NCBI GenBank assembly: GCA_903896505.1
Contig: CAITXU010000074.1
Span: forward strand, 1,301 to 65,300
Reading direction: 5' to 3'
DNA length: 64,000 nt
DNA from: an uncultured Verrucomicrobiota bacterium
Lineage (GTDB): Bacteria; Verrucomicrobiota; Verrucomicrobiia; Limisphaerales; UBA9464
Shown: in pieces, positions 8,722 through 15,693 of the stretch
Layout of the letters: the number at the start of each line of letters is the position of its first letter
Numbering within the stretch: the first letter of the stretch is position 1
Translations under genes and position numbers: made by a program
Notes under the pieces: generated by a model
The model's input: the letters and a program-made list of their open reading frames with translations, nothing else
Told to the model about the DNA's origin: nothing
Databases searched by the model: none

Positions 8722-9825
8722 ATGCCCCTATTCCATTTGGTCAATACGAGAACCCGGACCGGATTTGTTTTTGGTGTCCTCTGCATCCTCCTTTGCCTTC
8801 TGAACAATGGATGCGGGCAACGGTCGGATTCGACCACTGCGCCTCCTTCGCCGGTCGTCGGAACCAACCAACGAGTGGTGCTCCGGTTCACTCATGATTG
8901 GTTTCCCGAACCGGAACACGGGGGCTATTTTGCGGCAAAGATCAAAGGAATCTGGTCCGACCTTGGTCTCGACGTGGAGGTGATACCAGGGGGCCCCAAT
9001 TCGGAGATCGAAAAGAAAGTCGCACTCGATACCGAGGGATTGGGTATCTTGCGGGGCGACGCAGCGATCATTGCCGTGGACAGAGGCTTGCCGATTGTCG
9101 CCGTCAGCAGCTATTTTCAGCATGATCCTCAGGGTATCATGGTTCGGGAGGACGGACCGGTTCATTCTTTTGCCGATCTCGAAGATCGTGATTTGGCCAT
9201 GCAGGTCGGCAACACCTGGTTTCTTTACCTTCAAAAGAAGTACGGATTGAAGAAGACCCGGGTTCGCCCGGTGACCGGGAGTGTGGCCAATTTTGTCAAG
9301 GACCCGGATTGGATCACCCAGGCCTATCCGACCAGTGAACCGTATTATGCGCTGAAAGAGGGAGTGAAGCCACGGGTTCTTCAAATCAGCGATTCGGGAT
9401 TCGATCCCTATCGTGTCATCATCGCCAACCGAAAATTGGTGACTCAACATCCTGACTGGGTGGCGAAGTTCTGCCTCGGGGCCTATCGGGGATGGCAGGA
9501 GTATTATCGAGACCCACAACCGGTCCACGAACACATCCTCAAGATTTCCCCAACCATGGAAATGGAGGGAATGAAGTTCAGTTACGTTAAGATGCGGGAG
9601 CTCCGACTGATCGAGGGAGACCCAGCGCATGGCGAAGCCATGGGAGCCATTGATCACCAGCGATGGGAAGCAACCGGCCGGATTTTGGTGGATTTGGGAC
9701 TCGTGAAAAAGTTGCCGTTGATGAGCGACGTTTACTCGACCAATTTTTCGCCTGCAATGGTGGGGGCCACAACGGAATTGCCTCCGCCCGTTTGGAAGCT
9801 GTCGGATGTGCAGTGGCCAAAATGA
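8722..9825 (+). CDS. NMT1/THI5-like (ThiY/NitT/TauT-type) periplasmic substrate-binding lipoprotein, paralog 1
   Basis: ATG at 8722 gives a lipoprotein signal MPLFHLVNTRTRTGFVFGVLCILLCLLNNGC. Family motif FTHDWFPEPEHGGYF, then GLDVEVIPGGP, FQHDPQ, GFDPYRV. The upstream extension to 8590 crosses the terminator and is unlikely to be real. Confidence 0.8.
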   Translation: MPLFHLVNTRTRTGFVFGVLCILLCLLNNGCGQRSDSTTAPPSPVVGTNQRVVLRFTHDWFPEPEHGGYFAAKIKGIWSDLGLDVEVIPGGPNSEIEKKVALDTEGLGILRGDAAIIAVDRGLPIVAVSSYFQHDPQGIMVREDGPVHSFADLEDRDLAMQVGNTWFLYLQKKYGLKKTRVRPVTGSVANFVKDPDWITQAYPTSEPYYALKEGVKPRVLQISDSGFDPYRVIIANRKLVTQHPDWVAKFCLGAYRGWQEYYRDPQPVHEHILKISPTMEMEGMKFSYVKMRELRLIEGDPAHGEAMGAIDHQRWEATGRILVDLGLVKKLPLMSDVYSTNFSPAMVGATTELPPPVWKLSDVQWPK

Positions 9826-9876
9826 ACTGAGAAGGACCGCTTGCTTTGGTCCCTTTGTCCGACTGGAATCGATCAC

Positions 9877-11247
9877 ATGCCAAAACGTTTGCTCATTAAG
9901 AATCTGGGACACCTCGTGACCATGAATTCGTCACGGGAAGTCCTTGAAGGTGCCTGGATTGTCGCAGAGGACGGACGCATCAAATCGATCGGCAGCGGGC
10001 GATTGCCGCGCTTAGCCGATGCGCAAGTGGTGGATGGGCGCGAGGGGATTGCCACTCCCGGGATGATTAATACCCACCACCACATGTTTCAGAATTTGGC
10101 GAGGGCTTTCAAACCGATATCGAACCTACCGCTCCTGCCGTGGCTGGCCGGACACATTCCACTCTGGCGTCACTTTACCCCCGACGATCTCTTTATCGCC
10201 ACCCAGGTGGCCCTGGCTGAACTCATGCTGACGGGTTGCACCCTTAGCAGCGATCACCACTACGTCTTTCCCCGGGATGGGGCGACCGATTTGTTGGACG
10301 CTGGATTTGCTGCCGCAGAGGAGATGGGTTGCCGGTATGTGGGATGCCGTGGAAGCGTGAACCTCCCCAGCGAAATCATGCCCGAGTGGTCAACGCAGGA
10401 CACCGATACCATCCTTGCCGACTGCGACCGCCTTCGGGCCAAATTTCATGATCTCAGCCACGGATCGATGCATCAAGTGGCCTTTGCTCCATGCACAGTG
10501 TTTGGTTGTGATGGCGACCTGTATCGCGAGACGGCTCGATTGGCACGCCCGTACAAGGTGCGGTTGCACACTCATTGCGGGGAAACCATCGCCGAAAACC
10601 AGGAGGCCGTCCGGTCCTTGAAATCTAGGCCGTTGCCGTACATGGCCAGGCATGAATGGGAAGGGGATGACATCTGGGTTGCCCATGGCATCCACTTCAC
10701 TGACAAGGAAGTGGGTCATTTGAATCGGCATCAGATGGGAGTGGCACATTGCCCGGTCTCCAATATGCGATTGGGATCGGGTGTCTGCCGGGTCCAGGAC
10801 CTGCGAAAAGGAGGCAGCCCGGTCAGCTTGGGAGTGGATGGGTCCGCATCGAATGATTCCGGACACATGCTCAACGAAGCGCGGATGGCGATGCTGTTGA
10901 CCCGCGCGGTGCATGGAGCCGATGCGGTCACACCCGAACAGGCGCTGGAGATGGCCACATTGGAAGGAGCCCGCAATTTGGGACGTCTCCACGATCTCGG
11001 GTCCATTGAGGTCGGAAAAGCCTGTGACCTGGCCATTTTCCCGAAGGAGGATTTGTTTAGTTCAGGGGCCCACGATGCGGTTCACGGGCTCCTGCTCTGT
11101 CATCCCCGCAACGTCGACACCCTCGTCATTCAAGGGAACGTCCGCGTGAGCGAAGGACAGTTGGTCGGGGTGGAATTGCCGGTCTTGCTTGAAAAACACG
11201 CCCGAACGGCTCGTCGAATTCACCGCTCCCATTCCATCACCCAATGA
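9877..11247 (+). CDS. COG0402-type metal-dependent amidohydrolase/deaminase (8-oxoguanine/isoxanthopterin/chlorohydrolase-like)
   Basis: Starts MPKRLLIKNLGHLVTMN. Metal-binding GMINTHHHMFQNL; later HTHCGE, VAHGIH and GVDGSASND motifs typical of the Amidohydro_1 deaminase subgroup. Confidence 0.82.
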   Translation: MPKRLLIKNLGHLVTMNSSREVLEGAWIVAEDGRIKSIGSGRLPRLADAQVVDGREGIATPGMINTHHHMFQNLARAFKPISNLPLLPWLAGHIPLWRHFTPDDLFIATQVALAELMLTGCTLSSDHHYVFPRDGATDLLDAGFAAAEEMGCRYVGCRGSVNLPSEIMPEWSTQDTDTILADCDRLRAKFHDLSHGSMHQVAFAPCTVFGCDGDLYRETARLARPYKVRLHTHCGETIAENQEAVRSLKSRPLPYMARHEWEGDDIWVAHGIHFTDKEVGHLNRHQMGVAHCPVSNMRLGSGVCRVQDLRKGGSPVSLGVDGSASNDSGHMLNEARMAMLLTRAVHGADAVTPEQALEMATLEGARNLGRLHDLGSIEVGKACDLAIFPKEDLFSSGAHDAVHGLLLCHPRNVDTLVIQGNVRVSEGQLVGVELPVLLEKHARTARRIHRSHSITQ

Positions 11248-12203
11248 ATAAACGGCGTGTTGTCGGACTTCTTCTGTGTTGTCTCTTCTTGCAACAGGCG
11301 TTTGCAGGACCGTTTAAAGTCCGATTCGTCACCGACTGGTATCCGCAGCCGGAGCACGGTGGCTACTACCATGCCCTGGTCAATGGCTACTATTCCGCAG
11401 CAGGTCTGGACGTGGAGATCATTCCGGGGGGACCCACCACCTTCGCCGTTCAGCGGGTGGCCACGGGGGCAGCGGACATCGGGATGCTCAATACCGACGG
11501 AGTATTGGAGGCCAATGACCGCCATATTCCGACGGTTGCGATTTGTGCCACGTTTCAACACGACCCACAGGCGCTCATGCTTCACGCCGCCGATCCGGTT
11601 AAGGACTGGCCTGATCTGGACGGACGCAGCATCGCCATGACCCCGGGCAATACCTGGTTCCCGTTCCTTGCCAAGAAATATAAGTTGAAGAAGGCTCGGG
11701 AGATACCGCTGACCTATTCGGTGGCTGCCTTCATCAAAGACCCGGCCTTCATCCAGCAAATTTTCATCACCTCGGAACCGTTCTTTGTCCGGCAGGCTGG
11801 GGTTGAGCCCAAGGTCATGTTGCTTTCGGAAGCCGGCTTTGATCCATATCGTGTCAGCTTTACCACCCCCAAGCTGATTCGTGAGCATCCAGAGGTGGTT
11901 CGAGGTTTCGTGGAGGCCAGCATTCGCGGCTGGCGTGATTATCTGGCCAATCCGAAGTCCGCCCATGATGCCGTTCGAAAGCTGAATCCCGAACTGACAC
12001 CGGAACGGATGGACTTCAGCTACAAGGCCCTGCGCGACGGACACTTCATTGAGGGAAATCCCGACAAGGGGGAAGCCATTGGAGGGTTTCTGGAGGCCCG
12101 CTGGAAGTCCCAGTATGCCATCCTCAAGGATGTCGGGGTCATTTCAGGAAAGTTCGAATTGACCAATACCTGGACCGGGGCATTTTGCAACCCGGGTCAC
12201 TGA
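11244..12203 (+). CDS. NMT1/THI5-like periplasmic substrate-binding protein, paralog 2
   Basis: ATGA overlap with the deaminase stop. Signal peptide MNKRRVVGLLLCCLFLQQAFA. Motifs FVTDWYPQPEHGGYY, GLDVEIIPGGP, FQHDPQ, GFDPYRV. Collinear with paralog 1. Confidence 0.8.
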   Translation: MNKRRVVGLLLCCLFLQQAFAGPFKVRFVTDWYPQPEHGGYYHALVNGYYSAAGLDVEIIPGGPTTFAVQRVATGAADIGMLNTDGVLEANDRHIPTVAICATFQHDPQALMLHAADPVKDWPDLDGRSIAMTPGNTWFPFLAKKYKLKKAREIPLTYSVAAFIKDPAFIQQIFITSEPFFVRQAGVEPKVMLLSEAGFDPYRVSFTTPKLIREHPEVVRGFVEASIRGWRDYLANPKSAHDAVRKLNPELTPERMDFSYKALRDGHFIEGNPDKGEAIGGFLEARWKSQYAILKDVGVISGKFELTNTWTGAFCNPGH

Positions 12204-12225
12204 GCTTTATTTCCTCATCTCAACC

Positions 12226-12732
12226 ATGATTGAACGCCTCGCCAAAACTGCGTTGGTTGCCGCCGTCGGGTTGATCCTGTTGATCATCGCGATCAACAAC
12301 CTCATCGACTACGGCTCCAATTTTGAATTCGTCAAGCATGTGCTTTCGATGGATACGACCTTTCCGGATAACCGGCTTAAAGGTCGTGCATTGACCTCGC
12401 CGGTCATTCATCACGTGTTTTATGCCGGGATTATCGCCTGGGAAAGCCTGAGCGCCTTGGGAGCCTGGGCGGCCGCATTTCGGCTTTGGCATTTCCGAAA
12501 GGCCTCGCCCAAGGAATTTGCAGAAGCCAAGTCCTGGACGGTGGCAGCTCTCGTATTCAATCTGCTCTTGTGGTTCGTCGCTTTCACGACCATTGGCGGC
12601 GAGTGGTTCGTGATGTGGCAGTCCCACATTTGGAATGGACAGGAAGCCGCGTTTCGAATGTTTACTTCGATTATCCTGATTCTGTTGTTTGTGAAGTCGC
12701 CCGAGGCTTCGGAGCTCACCCCGGCCCGCTGA
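12226..12732 (+). CDS. small integral membrane protein, DUF2165-like (4 TM)
   Basis: 168 aa. N-terminal signature LIIAINNLIDYGSNFEFVKHVLSMDTTFPDN matches my recollection of the DUF2165 consensus. Four hydrophobic helices. Confidence 0.65.
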   Translation: MIERLAKTALVAAVGLILLIIAINNLIDYGSNFEFVKHVLSMDTTFPDNRLKGRALTSPVIHHVFYAGIIAWESLSALGAWAAAFRLWHFRKASPKEFAEAKSWTVAALVFNLLLWFVAFTTIGGEWFVMWQSHIWNGQEAAFRMFTSIILILLFVKSPEASELTPAR

Positions 12733-12760
12733 ACCATCGTCGGCTATTTCCTCTTTGCTT

Positions 12761-13228
12761 ATGAGCACCCTGTTGGAGCGACTCCGGGAGTTGGGCCACA
12801 CTTTGCCGAATCCACCTCCTCCAGGCGGCAATTACATTCCCTTCCGACAGGTGGGTTCGTTGTTGTATTTGCCCGGGGTCATTTCCAGTCGCGACGGAGA
12901 AGTCCTGTATAGCGGTAAAGTGGGTGTGGAGCTGACACTCGAACAGGGCTATGCGGCTGCCCAGCTCTGTGCGCTGAATCTCCTGGCCTGTGTCCAAGCA
13001 GCCACCGGCAGCCTTGATTCGGTACGTCAGGTCATCAGTGTGAACGGGTACGTCAATTGTCCTTCGGGCTTTGCCGACAGTCCCAAAGTCATCAACGGTG
13101 CCAGTGACCTTCTCGTCGCCCTCTGGGGAGACGCAGGGAGGCATGTCAGGGCGGCGATAGGTGTCGCCGGGCTTCCCGTCAACGCTGCGGTGGAAGTCCA
13201 GATGGTGGTGGAATTGAATGTTCCGTAA
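12761..13228 (+). CDS. RidA/YjgF/L-PSP family reactive-intermediate deaminase-like protein
   Basis: ATG at 12761 (the track ORF starts at TTG 12755). Motifs YIPFRQVGSLLYLPGVIS, VISVNGYVN, and a C-terminal RAAIGVAGLPVNAAVEVQMVVEL with the conserved Arg. Confidence 0.75.
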   Translation: MSTLLERLRELGHTLPNPPPPGGNYIPFRQVGSLLYLPGVISSRDGEVLYSGKVGVELTLEQGYAAAQLCALNLLACVQAATGSLDSVRQVISVNGYVNCPSGFADSPKVINGASDLLVALWGDAGRHVRAAIGVAGLPVNAAVEVQMVVELNVP

Positions 13229-13243
13229 ACAACCCGATTGAAC

Positions 13244-14173
13244 ATGCGCACACATCATCTGGCCTCCACCCACACCCACGACCGGTGGAATGCGGCGCTT
13301 CCGCCTGCGATCGAGATCGATTCGGGGGACATCCTGGTCATGGATTGTCTGGACTCCAGCGGTGCTCAGATGTCGCCTGCCGCGACCGTCGCCGATTTTG
13401 CGGCGATGGACCGCGGTAAGATTCATACCATCACGGGACCGGTCTTTGTTCGCGACGCCAAGCCCGGGACGGTCCTGCAAATTGAGATTCGGCGGGTGGA
13501 GCACCAGGGATGGGGTTGGACCAGCATGATTGCGGGCCTTGGCACCTTGCCGGACCGTTTTACCGAACCGTATTTGTTCATCTGGCAGTTGGAGCGGGAA
13601 CTCAGCCGGTCCTTGCCGGGAGTCACCCTCCCTCTCTCTCCGTTCCTCGGGATCACCGGCGTGTGCCCTCCCACTCCCGGAGAACACCGGACCCGTCCCC
13701 CGGGGGCTTTTGGTGGCAATCTGGACGTGCGCGATCTGGTTCCAGGTTCCACGCTTTATCTGCCGGTATTTCAGCCGGGAGCGTTGTTTTCTGCTGGTGA
13801 TGGTCATGCAGCCCAAGGGAACGGGGAGGTTTGCATCAATGGGATTGAAGGCCCGATGCAGGCTGAATTTCGAATCTCGGTGCGAAAGGACATGGTTCTG
13901 AATGAGCCGTTTGCCGAGCTTCCACCCGCCCGTCCACCGGTTCTTCCCGACCGTGGAGCCTGGGCCTTCATTGCCAGCGCGCCGGTCACCCTCGAAGCCG
14001 TGCGGACTGTCGTGAACGACGCCATCGATTTCATTGTCCACCGCTTTGGCCTGACGCCCGAGCTGGCTTACATTCTGTGCAGTGTGGCATTGGACCTCCG
14101 TCTGAGTCAGGTGGTGAACCAACCGCAGGTCACGGTGACGGGCACAATGGCCAAAAACCTGTTCAACTCATGA
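13244..14173 (+). CDS. acetamidase/formamidase family amidohydrolase (FmdA/AmdA-like)
   Basis: About 309 aa. Motifs IDSGDILVMDCLDSSG, ITGPVFVRDAKPGTVLQIEI, GGNLDVRDLVPGSTLYLPVF, GDGHAAQGNGEVC are typical of the family. Confidence 0.8.
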   Translation: MRTHHLASTHTHDRWNAALPPAIEIDSGDILVMDCLDSSGAQMSPAATVADFAAMDRGKIHTITGPVFVRDAKPGTVLQIEIRRVEHQGWGWTSMIAGLGTLPDRFTEPYLFIWQLERELSRSLPGVTLPLSPFLGITGVCPPTPGEHRTRPPGAFGGNLDVRDLVPGSTLYLPVFQPGALFSAGDGHAAQGNGEVCINGIEGPMQAEFRISVRKDMVLNEPFAELPPARPPVLPDRGAWAFIASAPVTLEAVRTVVNDAIDFIVHRFGLTPELAYILCSVALDLRLSQVVNQPQVTVTGTMAKNLFNS

Positions 14174-15024
14174 AAGCGTTGTGGCTTGCCTGTTGTATCC
14201 TGGTCGGATGGGTTGCGTCAGCCCGACCCTTGGAATTGCTCGACGAACGTTCGACCGAAGGCGACCTGGAAGTAGTCGGCGAATTCAGCGGAGGACGGAC
14301 CAACGGTTTCATTGCCCGGGCGCAATTGCTGGCGCTGCCGATGGTCACCGCGACCAATCAGCATGACATCGAATTGCAACGTCGGTTGGTGTATACCGGC
14401 ATCCCGCTTGACGACCTTTTCCGCCAATTGCCCCTGGCACCAGGGATCGATGTGGTGACAGCAGTCTGTCGGGATAAGTACGCGGCTGTGTATCCCAAGG
14501 ACTATCGCCAGCGGCATCAACCCCTGCTCGTCCTCAAACTGGATGGGAAAGACTATGCGGATTGGCCTTCCGCGCCATCGGGTGCCCGGATGGAACCGTT
14601 TTACATCAGTTACGGTCACTTTGAGGCCGCACCGGAATTCACTGCGGCGGGAGTCGAGGAGGAAGCCCGCATCCCATTCGCGGTGATCACACTGCGATTT
14701 AGCCGGTTTGCCGATACACTTGGTCGACTTCAAGTGGCAAATGCCACCGGGGCCATCCTGGATGGTGAGACCATCGCCTTGAGACAATGCCTGGCCTGCC
14801 ATTTCTCAGGAAGTACCGGGGGCCGACTATCGGGAAAACCATGGCTGGTTCTGGCGGCCTGGGCCAGGGCCGAGCCCGACCTTTTCCAGAAATACGTACG
14901 CAACCCCCGCCAGGTCGAGCCGACCTCCCGCATGCCTGGTTTCCCCAATCACCAAGCGCCCGCGCTCAGCAGCCTCCAGAAGTACTTTTCGGCCTATCTG
15001 ATGCAGTCGGTGGGTGAGCCGTAG
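14170..15024 (+). CDS. secreted fusion protein: N-terminal Oxidored_molyb-like domain (apparently without the Moco cysteine) plus a C-terminal mono-haem cytochrome c domain
   Basis: ATGA overlap with the formamidase stop. Signal peptide MKALWLACCILVGWVASA. The middle region resembles the substrate domain of sulfite-oxidase-fold proteins (AVCRDKYAAVYPKDYRQRHQPLLVLKLDGKDY). Contains a CXXCH motif (QCLACH) and a downstream Met (SRMPGF). Confidence 0.6.
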   Translation: MKALWLACCILVGWVASARPLELLDERSTEGDLEVVGEFSGGRTNGFIARAQLLALPMVTATNQHDIELQRRLVYTGIPLDDLFRQLPLAPGIDVVTAVCRDKYAAVYPKDYRQRHQPLLVLKLDGKDYADWPSAPSGARMEPFYISYGHFEAAPEFTAAGVEEEARIPFAVITLRFSRFADTLGRLQVANATGAILDGETIALRQCLACHFSGSTGGRLSGKPWLVLAAWARAEPDLFQKYVRNPRQVEPTSRMPGFPNHQAPALSSLQKYFSAYLMQSVGEP

Positions 15025-15112
15025 GGAGTATTTCAAAAGATAAGGGGCGGTCCGGCGTGACGAACCGACCCAGGGACTCTTCAGTCATCTTGAGGCGACG
15101 AGACCCTGAAGA

Positions 15113-15637
15113 TCACTGCGGAATGTGGACGATCGGATCTTTGGATTCATTTGCGGTGCCAGGACGTAATGTCAGGACCAGATTCCGGTGTTTTGATTTG
15201 GTAAATTCCCCCATCTGATGATGGGCGCTACGTCCGAGAACGAAAAACTCGTAGGCGAACATGGCTTTAGCGTCGATCTTTTGCATGACCTTCACCTGAA
15301 AACGCAGCGTCTTCGAAGTGCCGGTGGAAATGGGATCAATTCCAGGAGAAACAATTCCCCCTTCAATCCAGATGTATTCGGGAGTAATGGTCGCGCTTGG
15401 CGGCTCTTCGTCCTCGTCAGGAAGCACCATGCCTACCGCGACAACTCCTGCGACCAAATCAGTTTCGGTGCGATTATCAAAAGTAATCCAGACTTCCTGT
15501 CCCATGCTGAACTGAGGCACCTCGGGGACCGATTGCAAAACGTACCCGCTGTCGTCGGACGAGATGATGAGAAGCCAGCTTAAGGCGGGTATGGGTTTAG
15601 GTTTTTGACTAACTGTTGTTGATGATTCAGTGTTCAT
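15113..15637 (-). CDS. hypothetical protein, 174 aa, no recognised family
   Basis: Clean ORF 56 nt downstream of the kinase gene on the same strand, visibly AT-richer than its neighbours. No signal peptide. The sequence looks beta-rich with an acidic patch (LPDEDEEPP). Confidence 0.5.
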   Translation of the reverse strand: MNTESSTTVSQKPKPIPALSWLLIISSDDSGYVLQSVPEVPQFSMGQEVWITFDNRTETDLVAGVVAVGMVLPDEDEEPPSATITPEYIWIEGGIVSPGIDPISTGTSKTLRFQVKVMQKIDAKAMFAYEFFVLGRSAHHQMGEFTKSKHRNLVLTLRPGTANESKDPIVHIPQ

Positions 15638-15693
15638 AGTATGTGTTGTTACCTGATAATATTTAGTTGTAATATCCGCAGCAAAGGTGGTGA

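Noticed and set aside
8728-9912. A 394-aa ORF antisense to the binding-protein gene. Similar long antisense ORFs occur at 12716..14122 (468 aa), 57332..58564 (410 aa), 22723..23832 (369 aa), 35446..36588 (380 aa), 24499..25455 (318 aa) and 10390..10992.
   Set aside because: Each lies opposite a gene with clear family motifs. Their translations are Arg/Gly/Pro-rich low-complexity strings with no motifs. Long stop-free antisense frames are expected in GC-rich DNA.
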